64,000 nucleotides of DNA from Trypanosoma brucei (lineage: Eukaryota). The notes under the pieces are model-generated. The model was given only the letters and a program-made list of their open reading frames with translations, had not been told where the DNA came from and searched no databases. Made by a program: the position numbers and the translations under genes. The stretch spans positions 768,001 through 832,000 of the forward strand of contig CP000066.1 of assembly GCA_000002445.1 (NCBI GenBank), read 5' to 3'. Shown piece by piece: positions 53,589-64,000 of this stretch; position 1 is the stretch's first letter, and each line of letters starts with the position of its first letter.

Positions 53589-55160
53589 ATGCCCTGAGTA
53601 CACTCTATGCAAAAGCAACCTGAAAAAGAAAAAATGAGAAAATTCCTCCTTATTCAGAAGAGGGATAGAATCCTATTTTGAGCGTAAATTTATCCTTCCC
53701 AAAAGGAGGTAGAAAAGAGCAGCGGGGATGTACAAAGAGGAGACAGCCAAAGGTCTTCACAAGAAAAAGAACATGTGGTGGTGATGGCACCGGTTTTTGG
53801 CAGACACACACACACACACGTACACAGGCACAGACATAAATAACCAAATGAATGCAAACGGTGCGCACAATAGCACCAACACATAGCAATACCCACCCCC
53901 ACTCGAGTTTGTAAGCCGCCCATTTTACCTTCCCCCCTTTTCCGCATTTCCTTCATACAAACTCGCTCACGCGCACACACGTAAATATTTATTTATATTT
54001 CTTTTCAAAATACATATACATATACATATATATATATATATATATATGTATTCGCAAGCACATTTGCAAATACATTTCCACAGAGCGCTCAGCACGAACT
54101 GCAGCCCCCTCTCATTCCTGTCCTTCTACACATATTCCAGCGTCAGTGCATGACACCGGGCTCCCTTTTATCTCGTGGCACTTCAAAAATATCAACTCGC
54201 CTCGATGCAAACAATGCCGCCTTGGCGACGTGTAAAATGATGTGCGCTCCCTCGGAGGCGCCTGCGGAGAGAAGTAGAAAAAAAAAAAGGAGGAAGAGAA
54301 AAATGCGCACAACAGCGATCATGCTGAGCGACATATTATTATGTGGAGCACCCATAACGAAAAAAAAAAAACTGAAAAACAAGGAAGTCAAATGGAAAAA
54401 GGAGGGAAATTTTTTAATAAAAAAAGAAAAAGACTACAAATTCTAAAACGAAGATGGGAATGATTTTTCGTTAAACAACAAAAAGAAGAAAACAAAACGT
54501 TGTACAAACAAGAGACTACACGAATAGTAAAGGAAATACGGAGCGATACACCTGACCGCATATATTACAAATATAAATACGTGTTTATGTTTGGTATCCG
54601 TGCTTTTGCATGTGTGCATCTGCAAGTGCTTCTGTACGAGAAGGAAAAAAAAGGGGGGGAAGGCACAAATTTAAAAAAAAAAAAGAGGAAAGAGGATGAG
54701 GAGAGGAACGAAAGTAGCAAAGAGAACCGCTGGGGAGGAAAAGCGAAATGAACGAAAATAAATAATGTTTTTCCATCTTCTTCTTCTTGCTCGATTTTAA
54801 ATGTGTACGACGTGGACAGTCACATCGATAGGTGCGCACGTACTTTTTACAAGTGTGCTCGCAGCAACAACAAAAGCTTCTTTTCTCCCTTCCTCCTCCT
54901 TCCTCCCTCTTCCCTCCTCTCAACCAACACCTCCCTTCCCCGAACCTACACAAAAAGTAACCAAGAAAAAACAAAACATTGCTTTTCAACAGAAAAGAAC
55001 GGAAGGCAAAAATAGGAAGAAGAAAAAAATGGAAGTCAAATAAAAAAGTATGTGGATTGTCGGTGAGGAAAAGATATGGGGAAAAAAAAGAAAGAAATAA
55101 AAAAATGAGACGGAGTTAACAATTTAAAAAAAAGGGGGGGATCACGGAGGGGTGGAAATA

Positions 55161-56672
55161 CTACATCTTCTTCCCCTCGTACACGCACAACTTAGTGATA
55201 GCATTGGAATGGTGAGCGTGTTGGGCACCCAGCAATTCGTTTAGTTGCTTCTGAATATCCACGTTGGAAATTTCATTATTGAGCATAAGCTGATTCACTA
55301 GCTCCGCAGCCTCGTTAAGAAGTTTCACCCCAATCTCCTTCTCGAGAATGGCCCGCACCTGAGATGCTGGCACAGACTTTCCACTTGACAGTATAATCAT
55401 GTCTTCCTGTGGTGAGCTATCAGAAGGACCATCACCAAACTCCTCGGGATGGCCACCGAGATTTGTCTTGCCCACAATATTTTTGCTTTGCTCTACAATT
55501 AGCTTCTTTTGCTCAATGTACTCCCCGTCATCGTCAACCTCATGGTGCCCGTCATCCTGCTCGCTCTTGGAAGGCGATTGTTGCTGTTGTTCCTGCGGTG
55601 GACCGGCAGCTGCCTGTTCCGCCAACATGGCCTTTATGCTCTCCCGATTCATCCCCCGTAACTTTGCCATTTGCTCCTTTTGGCTCAATTGTGGCTCTTT
55701 GGGGTACTCTTTTGGCTTCTCCGGAGTACTCACAGGCTTAACAGGTTTTGTTATCTTGGGGTTCCGTGCCTCATACTCCGCCCGTTCCTTTTCCGCCTGC
55801 TTCTCAAGGTCCGCACTAAATCCTTTAAGAGACTCCTGCACAAACGGCGACTCTAAAATGCGATTTATGCTGGGACGCTGAACAGGGTTGACTTGCAAGA
55901 GCGCTCCGCAAAGGCCGCGAATTTCCGCTGGCACAGTGGATGGAATGGGCTCATATTGCCCAACGAGGATCTTCTTCAAGAGCTCCTTCAGTGAGCGGGC
56001 GAGAAAAGGCCGTTGGAGCGTCAAAAGCTCATAAAGAATGACACCGAGGGCCCATACGTCACTCTTATTGTTGTATGGTTTGTTCTGGCAGAGCTCCGGG
56101 GAGAAGTAATAGGGAGTGCCACACACGGTCTTGGCACAGGCCAATGTATTCTGCACGACGGTGGAAATACCGAAGTCACCCAACTTCACGACGTTCTTCG
56201 CTGTAAGGAAAATGTTCGCTGTCTTCAAATCCCTATGCAAGATGTGGTTATCATGAAGGTACTTGAGTGCCATGCAAATCTGCAGGAACCAAAACATGGC
56301 CAGCTTTGGTTCAAAGGGGACAACGGGATCATTCTTCTTCGCATCCTTGATACGTGTGTTGAGGTCCCCACCATCGGCATACTCCATAACAATAAATATC
56401 AGTGTGCCATCTTCGAAGTGCTCGTGGTAGCGGATGATATTGGGATGATTGGCTGCCGCTAAAATACGTATTTCATTTTGTACATCACGTTTCTCCTTCG
56501 CAGACATGGCGGCTGATTCAATTGCCTTTGCGACGTACCGTTTGCCATCCTCCTTTGACCGTACGAGCACCGCTTCACCAAAGCTACCCTTCCCGATGCC
56601 CTTCATTATGCGGTACTTGCTGAGAAACAACTCTGAGGACAAGGCTTTACATTCATCTGCAACCTGCGCCAT
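55161..56672 (-). CDS. NEK-family (NIMA-related) serine/threonine protein kinase
   Basis: 503 aa with a true ATG at 56672. The kinase core is canonical (GKGSFGEAVLV, VAK, HRDLKTANIFL, DFG, GTPYYFSPE, DVWALG). A C-terminal coiled coil and acidic tail follow. Confidence 0.85.
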   Translation of the reverse strand: MAQVADECKALSSELFLSKYRIMKGIGKGSFGEAVLVRSKEDGKRYVAKAIESAAMSAKEKRDVQNEIRILAAANHPNIIRYHEHFEDGTLIFIVMEYADGGDLNTRIKDAKKNDPVVPFEPKLAMFWFLQICMALKYLHDNHILHRDLKTANIFLTAKNVVKLGDFGISTVVQNTLACAKTVCGTPYYFSPELCQNKPYNNKSDVWALGVILYELLTLQRPFLARSLKELLKKILVGQYEPIPSTVPAEIRGLCGALLQVNPVQRPSINRILESPFVQESLKGFSADLEKQAEKERAEYEARNPKITKPVKPVSTPEKPKEYPKEPQLSQKEQMAKLRGMNRESIKAMLAEQAAAGPPQEQQQQSPSKSEQDDGHHEVDDDGEYIEQKKLIVEQSKNIVGKTNLGGHPEEFGDGPSDSSPQEDMIILSSGKSVPASQVRAILEKEIGVKLLNEAAELVNQLMLNNEISNVDIQKQLNELLGAQHAHHSNAITKLCVYEGKKM

Positions 56673-57265
56673 TTGCCTTGTCGGTTATCGCCGCTGCTTC
56701 GCTCCTTCGTTCCTTTGTTGTATATATATATATATTTGTTGTGGTTGTTGTCGTAAGTACTGGGCGAGGTTGTAGGGAAGTGACTGTATTAATCCCCCCT
56801 TCCTTCTCTCCTTTTGTTCCTTTTTCCTTGTGATATATCAATAATATAGATATATAGATATATATATGTGCCTGTGGGTGTCTCTTTATTGTTATTCACT
56901 TCTTTTCCCTACTTTCCTTTGATTTTTTTTTCCTTTTTATTCCTTTCTGATATATTTTTCAGAATATGCCACAACCTGTAAAACTTATTAATCAGTCGGG
57001 TTACTATCCCACCTAAATGTAAAACGCACGATTACGCAAAAAGTATCCTGCTTTTTGATTCCTTTCGTGTTTTTCCCCTTTTTTTCTTTTACGTTTGTTT
57101 GTTTTTGTTTGACTATCCAACTTTCGGTATATTCACTATCTGGATTATTTGTTCGTCAATATTCTCTTTATTATTATTATTTTTTTTCTCCGCTTGTTTG
57201 CGTCTCTCCCTTTTCCTTTTCTTTTTTCTCTTCGTTCACTTCAAATAAAGAAATATATAAATATT

Positions 57266-57297
<32 letters not shown>

Positions 57298-57553
57298 TAT
57301 AGGGCTAATGCGAGTGACAAGGTCCCTGTGAGTGATAACGTACTTTCTTATACGCCTGACTAAATATATATGAAATATATGTAAATATCTGTTTATCTAT
57401 TTATGGCCTTTGTACGTTCGGATTGTCCTCAAAAAAAAAAAAAAAATACAAACAAACAAACAAACAAATGCACAAAAAAGGTGGATATATATATATATAT
57501 ATTTGTATACTTCCAGCCACCTTTACTTTTGTTCTTGTTTTTTCCTTCTTTTT

Positions 57554-57564
57554 GTGTGTGTGTG

Positions 57565-57598
<34 letters not shown>
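57554..57598. repeat. Compound microsatellite (TG)7 followed by (TTG)11
   Basis: Direct read: tgtgtgtgtgtgtgttgttgttgttgttgttgttgttgttgttg. Confidence 0.95.
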
Positions 57599-57599
<1 letters not shown>

Positions 57600-58254
57600 T
57601 TGCTTTCTTTTGGTTCCTTTTGTTTCCTCACGTACCAATAACAACAACAGAGTTATTTATTATCATTGAACAAGCATTGTAGTAACAAAAAAAAAGAGAA
57701 AAAAGAGAAAAAAAGAGATGAAGTCATTCAATAGATATTTTTTTGAAAAAAAAAACACAAACAAACAAACTTACAGTAGTAACCAAAATACAGCAGCAGG
57801 CGTTTGGGCACAGAAAAGAATGGACATAACTGAATAGAAGGATGCATGACGAGTCGTAACTTTAACCTTCGGATACGCACAAAGTTGAAGAAAACAAAAA
57901 GAAAGAAAAGGAAAGAAAGGGAGAGAGAAAGGAGAAAATGCTTCTTATAATCTTTCTTTGTTTTTTTTTCTATCCTTGTCTTTTGCCTTCAGTTCCCAGT
58001 TACCTGTCCTCGCATGTGTCCTCTCTTGCGTATTTCTCAGTTTGCTTCTTTTCTTTTTTTTTGTGTGTGTGTGCGTGTGGGTGTGTGGTCACATCGGCCC
58101 TTCACTCAATTTCATTGAGGTTCTAAATTCTGATCCCTCATTGTGCCCCAGTCTAGAGACGAAAACAGAGAAGTTACATAATTGACAAAGGAGAAAAAAA
58201 CATAAGAGGGCGGGCACTCCATTGTCAGTGATATGTATATGTATAGAAATACAA

Positions 58255-58290
<36 letters not shown>

Positions 58291-59056
58291 GTATTTCTTT
58301 TATATATATATATATATTTCTTGTTTGTTTGTTTGCTTGCTTGTTTACTATTATTTATACAATTTCTCTTTTCTTCTCGAAACACGCATAAACATACATA
58401 TATATATATATATATGTCTATACGTGAAGGAGAGAAAGAAAAGTGATAAAAGTCAAGTGATTGGAAGGGAGGGAAATAATAACACAAACAAGGATGGGAA
58501 GAAAAAAAAATCCGTAGGGAGCAAAAAAAAAAAAAAGAGTAAAGAAAAGAAGGAGCGGTAAGTAAAACCAGCCTCCTCAGCTCCCTGAAACCCGCGTAAT
58601 GCCGCTTGATAGTGAATTATTCCATTCACTAGCTTCTTTTAAATACCTCTCTCTCTCTCTCTTCTTTTCTTTTCGTTTTCTCTTTTTTTTTCTTGTTTTT
58701 ATATTCCTTCTCTCCTTCTTTCCCTCCCTTTCACTCACACAGCACCTAACCACATTACATCCCAGGTGAAAATTCACACACATACATACACTAAAAGAAA
58801 GACTGAGTGAGCGCCCCCATACCATCCTTAAGAAAAGGGAGAACAACAACAACAATAACAACAACAACGGCAAAGGGAAAAAACAAAAAAGAAAAAAGAA
58901 AAAAAGGTAAGGTGTGTAAAGGTGGGGAAGGAAACAACATCACCTCCATGTTTGCGTACAACTACATGTAATGCACAGCAAAAACTACGCACGCAGCCGC
59001 CCATTTGAAGCGCTACGCAACCTCCTCTTGCCTTATTCTAAGACATTAGGCTCTAC

Positions 59057-60109
59057 TTAATAAAAACGGCGCAAACATGATTGAACTACACTTGTGCATT
59101 CAAATGTATTGGGTTTCCAGACACCAGTCGCACCTTTTGGAGGTCCCGGAACATACGTGTCTTTGGCTTTTGCCCTCCTTCGTCTCCTGTTCTTTTTCTT
59201 TTCCTCTTCTTCCAATGCTGCAACATCAATCCATGTGTTGGGAAATGGATCGATGTTACCTTCATTTCCAGATCTCGTCCACACAAATGTCATGGCTCTC
59301 TCCTGTACAAATGTCGGACCTGCCGCTTCTTGTTTGTTTTTTCGCTTCCGCTTCGATGGTTTCTCATCTGCTGGTTCAAAATGGTAGACACCAGAAACAC
59401 CTGTGGCTGGGAGCTCATCCAAATAGTCATGTATAACACCCGGTGTCCTGAATAAAGGCCCCAGAGGTTTAGGAGGCGCAAGTTTCTTACGCTTTTTAGC
59501 CTCAGCAGCCTCTAATTTCTCGTGCTCCTTCCGCCAATCATCATTGTATTTGGGATTGTCAAGGAGAATTCCCACGTAACCGTACGTTCCCTTTTTGGAG
59601 GGATTAGTCTTGATGTTTGGCAGGAGTTCTTTTCCTTTGGAGTCCTCCTCCGAGGAGGAGGCCTTCTTCTTTCTTTTAGATTTTTTGGATTTAGGTCCAC
59701 CTTCTTCTCCCGGCATGATGAATTCATATGGTCGTTCCTGGAAGCAACCGCTGTAACCACCTGGTCCGTTAATTGACTTGGGGAAAGATGGCGGAAGGAA
59801 ATCTTTATTAGAGATGTTGTGTTTTTTCGCCTCACGCCGCTCACGATGCATGCGAGTTGTGGCATCCTCAAAAGGGCCCACGCTTTTATTGTTGTTTTGC
59901 TCCGCGGACGCCAATGTGAGAAACTTCTTGTCAAAAAACACTTCAGGACCATTACCGGAGGGACAACGTCCAATCGACATCCCCTTCCCAAGATAACGAG
60001 ACGGAATGGTGTCCATTTTGTCATATGGATCTGTCTTCTTGGGGTCGATATCCGTAGAGACCAGCGGCGGGTCGGAAAACAACCCACCAAACGCGCTCAA
60101 GTGAGTCAT
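59057..60109 (-). CDS. Conserved hypothetical protein with Lys-rich NLS-like stretches
   Basis: The track ORF starts at ATG 60253. The minus strand 60118-60215 is a long pyrimidine tract ending in AG (..cttgtagttattacaatcatcacgtAGagtttaAGgcggaacaaATG). The first AUG downstream of it is 60109 (MTHLSAFGG..). The protein contains KSKKSKRKKK, KRKRKNKQ and KKKNRRRRRAKAK. Confidence 0.5.
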   Translation of the reverse strand: MTHLSAFGGLFSDPPLVSTDIDPKKTDPYDKMDTIPSRYLGKGMSIGRCPSGNGPEVFFDKKFLTLASAEQNNNKSVGPFEDATTRMHRERREAKKHNISNKDFLPPSFPKSINGPGGYSGCFQERPYEFIMPGEEGGPKSKKSKRKKKASSSEEDSKGKELLPNIKTNPSKKGTYGYVGILLDNPKYNDDWRKEHEKLEAAEAKKRKKLAPPKPLGPLFRTPGVIHDYLDELPATGVSGVYHFEPADEKPSKRKRKNKQEAAGPTFVQERAMTFVWTRSGNEGNIDPFPNTWIDVAALEEEEKKKNRRRRRAKAKDTYVPGPPKGATGVWKPNTFECTSVVQSCLRRFY

Positions 60110-60117
60110 TTGTTCCG

Positions 60118-60215
60118 CCTTAAACTCTACGTGATGATTGTAATAACTACAAGAATAAAGACAAAGAAATAAAGAAATAATTAAAAAATGGAGTCGCAGA
60201 ATAAAACAAAACAAA
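60118..60215 (-). promoter_or_regulatory. Polypyrimidine tract and AG acceptor (candidate SL trans-splice site) upstream of the 59057..60109 gene
   Basis: Minus strand: ttgttttgttttattctgcgactccattttttaattatttctttatttctttgtctttattcttgtagttattacaatcatcacgtAG. Confidence 0.45.
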
Positions 60216-62049
60216 TAATCTAACCCATTGTCCAAATGATGGGTACCATTCATTATGACCTTTCCTATTGGACATAATTCCTTGTCGTCACTATTGAAAG
60301 TGCCCTAAACTGTTGATGTTTCAACAGTTCCTTCACGCACTTCTCTCTCTCTCTCTCTTTTATAGTTTCTTTCGATTTTTTTTTAAATTTAATTTCATTT
60401 TATTTTATTTTATTTTTCTGGTTTCGTCAAATTCCCTCTTTTCACTCAAGACATTAAATGCCACTCCTCAACTCGCCTCTCACCAAAAGTCCCAAATTCC
60501 AAATTAGGAGGAGGTGCGCACTTGTCGCCGTAACGCCTCGGGGAGAGAGGGGAGAGTTTTGCAGCAAATATATATATATATATATATATATAAGAAAGAG
60601 AGGAAAAAAAAAAGAGGGAAAGTGAAGACGGCAATGGACCACTCATTTGAAATCCCTCAAATGGACCGCGTCACTCAACTGAATAACAGTGAAGCTTAAA
60701 CTATTTTATTTATTACTATTATGGTTGCTACTTTTTTTTTCTTTTTTTTTTGAGGAGGAGGAGGGGCTGATGATGTGAGGACCTTTAAAAGCAACAAAAA
60801 AGCCAATGCGCGAGCCATCACGCGTAATAGGCCAATAAAAAAAATAAATAAAAGAAGAAAAGAAGGAAAGAAAGAGAAATGAAACGAGAGAAGAAGGCAC
60901 AACAAAAAGGGAGAAAGATGGGAGTGGTTAAAATAAAGAAAGTGGAGAAAGAAGAGGAAATCAATAAGGTAAGTAGGGGAAAAAGAAGAAGAGAAAAAAA
61001 AGGAAATTAAACAAAACAACAGTTCGACTAGTACAAGCAGAAACACGCAGCAGTAGCACAAAAGACAAAAATAAAAACGGTACGGTGAAAAGCAGATCAT
61101 CGTGCTTCCACGCATCAAACATCTGTGTTCGCAATAAGACATGAGCACATTGTGCAAGTGTACATTTTTTGGTGTGAGCATAACCAAACCTGCCTTTTGT
61201 TCTTGTTGTTGTTGTTGTTTTTTTACTTGTTTCATTTTGTTTTATTCTTAACGTCTCTCAACCGCATGTCTTAACATTACTTCCCATCACCATCGTCCAC
61301 CACACCAACCAAGACCAAAGCAATTTGAGCGTTAATGTTTTCCCCCTTCTTTTTTTTCTCCCTCTCTCTTTCTCTCTCTTTGTTTGTTTGTTTGTTCCCC
61401 TCACGTTTCCCTCACAAATGTGACAAACAGCAACACTCCAAATTACTTGCAGTAAACCACCAAAACGACCCGTTCAACATAATATTAGAAATTGACTGCA
61501 CTTCAAAATCTCATCATCACAACAAAGAAAAACACACCAAGACAATAATACCTTTTCATCATCTGCAGTAATTGCATCAAAATAGGACAAAACAATACAT
61601 TTTATCGTACTTAAACGCTAAATCCATTCACCCCTGAGAGAAACTTCCGTTTTGTGTGGCCACACCGGGGTCAAGTAAAAACGAGAAGGGCAATGGCATT
61701 GAAACTATTTTTAAAAAGAAAAAAAAAGAAAATATAGATTTATGTTTAGTCTCCGTTAGCACAGCATATCATCTATATCATTAATTTTTCATTCTTCGCT
61801 TGATCATTCGTTATCCCCCTCTCCTCGCCACACATGCACACATAGGCATGTCTGTCCTTTTCTATTGCACTTTCTTTCTGTTTTTTTCTTCATCCTCTTG
61901 TGCGGTCCAACAATTCACTCATTGAAGAGACGGATATGGGAATCCCCGTGCGTATTGCGCCAATATAAATATACGCAGCCGGCTCCCCTTTGAGACATCG
62001 TCGCTTTCTTTTTTTTTTTGGCTGACTCCTGCAGCAACTACGCAACTAT

Positions 62050-64000
62050 TCATATATTCCCATCATTAGCGGTGTCAGATTTATCTTCACCCGCTCCCGA
62101 AACTCCACCTGCAAAGTTATCACCACTAAATAATACCGCATCATCATCTTCCATTGACCGCAGCTCCCCCTGCACCAAATCCTGTGGAACAGATGTGCTA
62201 AACCACGGCGCGGGAGACTCTGCAAAACCTTCATTCTCATTTTTTACCTGCGGGACCCGGTGCCCATGCAATTCCTTGAAGTCTTCCAATATTTCCCCTG
62301 CCACCTGCTGCTCCTGCTCCCTCCGCTGACGCTCATCCGCCAGACGCCTCTCCTCCAACATCCGCTTTTGCTCAAGGTGCTCATTATACACGCGGCACCA
62401 TTCAGCGTCCTGTCTCTCCGCCTCCAACGCTGCGCGGTGGCCATTGGCAACAACTTTGGGAATGCTTAAGTCGTTGTGATGAACACAGTAGGCGCACAGC
62501 TGCTTTAATAATTTCTTCGCCTCGGACAACCTGCGTGACTCGGACTCTATTTTTATGAACTCATGCGCTATGTTCAAACCTTCCGTCAAGAAGCTCCGCA
62601 ACTCCTTTGCTTCCTGCACGCTCTGCTCCTGTTTCTGGGAAATGGATGCAACGAATGAAGCGCAGTAGAGAAGAGCAAGGTTAAACCGGAGCAGTGGTTC
62701 GCTTGGTAGCTCATCCACAGCCTTTTTCTGTACTGCAATGGCATCGGCATAGCGACCCTCACAAAACAGACAGAATGCAAGTGAGGAAGACTGCAATGGA
62801 GCCCGCTGTGGGTCACGCTGAAGGTAGTCAATTGCCTGCTTAAAGCTGTCACTCAGTATCTTAGCATTCGCCATATGGGCCTCATAGTGCTTCCGGACAT
62901 AACTGCAGTTGGGTACGATTTCCCCTACACGATCCAAGAGCAAAAGGCAACTCTCATGCCTCCCTTCAAGGCCGAGACAACATGCCATTCCATGAGCGGC
63001 GAGTACATTACCCTTATCTTTCTGGAGCGCGAAGTGGAAACGGTCCTTCGCCAATTCCAGAAAGCGGTAACTGTCCCCGCTATGTTGCTGCGCATGCCGG
63101 AGGTAAATTTGGCCGAGAGCAAGAGCCACAACACAAGACCGCGTCTTGGCGAGCCGAAGGATATTCATGGCTGCGGCGTAACGCCTCTGTTCGAAAAATA
63201 AAAGGCAAATATAAACCAGAGCGCGAGGTTCATCAGGGATCGCCTGTCGCAATAGATTCATCCACATGATGGCCTTCCTCCAACATCTTTCAGCCTTCGC
63301 AAGCTCGTACAGGCGGAAGTACGGGTAGGAAAAACAGGGGTGGTGCTTAACAAGGTAAGAATAAAGCTCGCACGCCCTCACCTTATCGCTTGTTTCCAGA
63401 AGCCTGGCCATATTATACACAATAGGAACGTAGTTGACAGGTAATTCGGGTTTGGACAAAAAGTCCTCCCCCAGCTCTGATTCGAGAATATTCTGCAGGG
63501 TGCCGATATCGCCACACATGGACGCTTTGTTCGCCCTTAACTTCATTGGGACCGGCGTACCCAACTCCTCGTAGATGTGCAAAACATGCGTTAGAAGTTT
63601 CGCCGACTCCTCACTATTTAGACGGGAACACCATGCAGCTAAAGTCCACGACAGAACATCGCCGGGAGCTACACTTTCCGTAAGAAGCTTTGAACATTCA
63701 AGAGCTCTCTCATGTAAGCCCAAGTGCGAGGCGTGTGCTGCTAACATTTGCAATACCTCCTTCTGATTTGGATGCTCAGCGTTGATGCGTAGCAGCAGTT
63801 GTTCCGCCTCCACATCCCTCCCTAAAAGAAAAAGTAACCTCGCATAATGAACCCGCGCTGCCAAACAATTAGGAAGCACCTGCATGGAAGATTCAAGCAA
63901 TACTCGGGCTCTAGTAAAATCCCCAAGTGCTAGCAACAAACGCCCCTCCTGATAATCAGCAATGGCGGCATCCTCGACTCTTGCAGTTGGACGCGCCTCA
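62050..64000 (-). CDS. CTR9: TPR-repeat protein, CTR9-like (Paf1-complex subunit), 5' end outside window
   Basis: The frame stays open upstream of the track's TTG start at 63939 through to the window edge. It has multiple TPR-like helical pairs and a C-terminal charged coiled coil (RRLADERQRREQEQQ) followed by an acidic Ser/Gly tail, as in CTR9. The assignment is also based on an unverified recollection that trypanosome CTR9 lies near PAP1. Confidence 0.5.
   Translation of the reverse strand, partial: EARPTARVEDAAIADYQEGRLLLALGDFTRARVLLESSMQVLPNCLAARVHYARLLFLLGRDVEAEQLLLRINAEHPNQKEVLQMLAAHASHLGLHERALECSKLLTESVAPGDVLSWTLAAWCSRLNSEESAKLLTHVLHIYEELGTPVPMKLRANKASMCGDIGTLQNILESELGEDFLSKPELPVNYVPIVYNMARLLETSDKVRACELYSYLVKHHPCFSYPYFRLYELAKAERCWRKAIMWMNLLRQAIPDEPRALVYICLLFFEQRRYAAAMNILRLAKTRSCVVALALGQIYLRHAQQHSGDSYRFLELAKDRFHFALQKDKGNVLAAHGMACCLGLEGRHESCLLLLDRVGEIVPNCSYVRKHYEAHMANAKILSDSFKQAIDYLQRDPQRAPLQSSSLAFCLFCEGRYADAIAVQKKAVDELPSEPLLRFNLALLYCASFVASISQKQEQSVQEAKELRSFLTEGLNIAHEFIKIESESRRLSEAKKLLKQLCAYCVHHNDLSIPKVVANGHRAALEAERQDAEWCRVYNEHLEQKRMLEERRLADERQRREQEQQVAGEILEDFKELHGHRVPQVKNENEGFAESPAPWFSTSVPQDLVQGELRSMEDDDAVLFSGDNFAGGVSGAGEDKSDTANDGNI

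Noticed and set aside
1-64000. tRNA and rRNA genes, CRISPR arrays and transposons or retroposons (ingi, RIME, SLACS-like).
   Set aside because: I scanned for T-loop GGTTCGA-type motifs, long direct repeats with spacers and reverse-transcriptase-like ORFs, and saw none. The only long repeats are the coding FG array and simple microsatellites. A small tRNA could still be missed by eye.

Overview
This 64 kb window looks like trypanosomatid nuclear DNA, most consistent with the Trypanosoma brucei lineage. Every convincing gene lies on the minus strand, as in one polycistronic transcription unit. Genes are separated by intergenic regions rich in (TA)n, (CA)n and (TG)n microsatellites, with polypyrimidine tracts upstream of the start codons (on the coding strand). 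I support 22 protein-coding genes, including IFT56/TTC26, an actin-like protein, a PCTP-like START-domain protein, a beta-helix protein, a FYVE-variant PDE (PDEC-like), two NEK-family kinases, an RTEL1-like Fe-S helicase, a Par14-type parvulin, a condensin CAP-G-like HEAT protein, a 1.6k-aa TM/SAM protein, a DCX-like protein, a 1000-aa FSFG-repeat nucleoporin-like protein and a CTR9-like TPR protein that runs off the window end. The standout feature is poly(A) polymerase, split into two exons by a roughly 650 nt cis-spliced GT..AG intron (46410..47059). This is the PAP intron already described for T. brucei, one of only two cis-spliced genes known there. From memory (unverified), the combination of PDEC, PAP1 and CTR9 matches a stretch of T. 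brucei chromosome 3. Many starts in the supplied ORF track are non-ATG (TTG/GTG); I re-set CDS starts to the first in-frame ATG downstream of the polypyrimidine/AG signals. I found no prokaryotic-type systems, CRISPR arrays or mobile elements. No tRNA or rRNA genes were recognised by eye.
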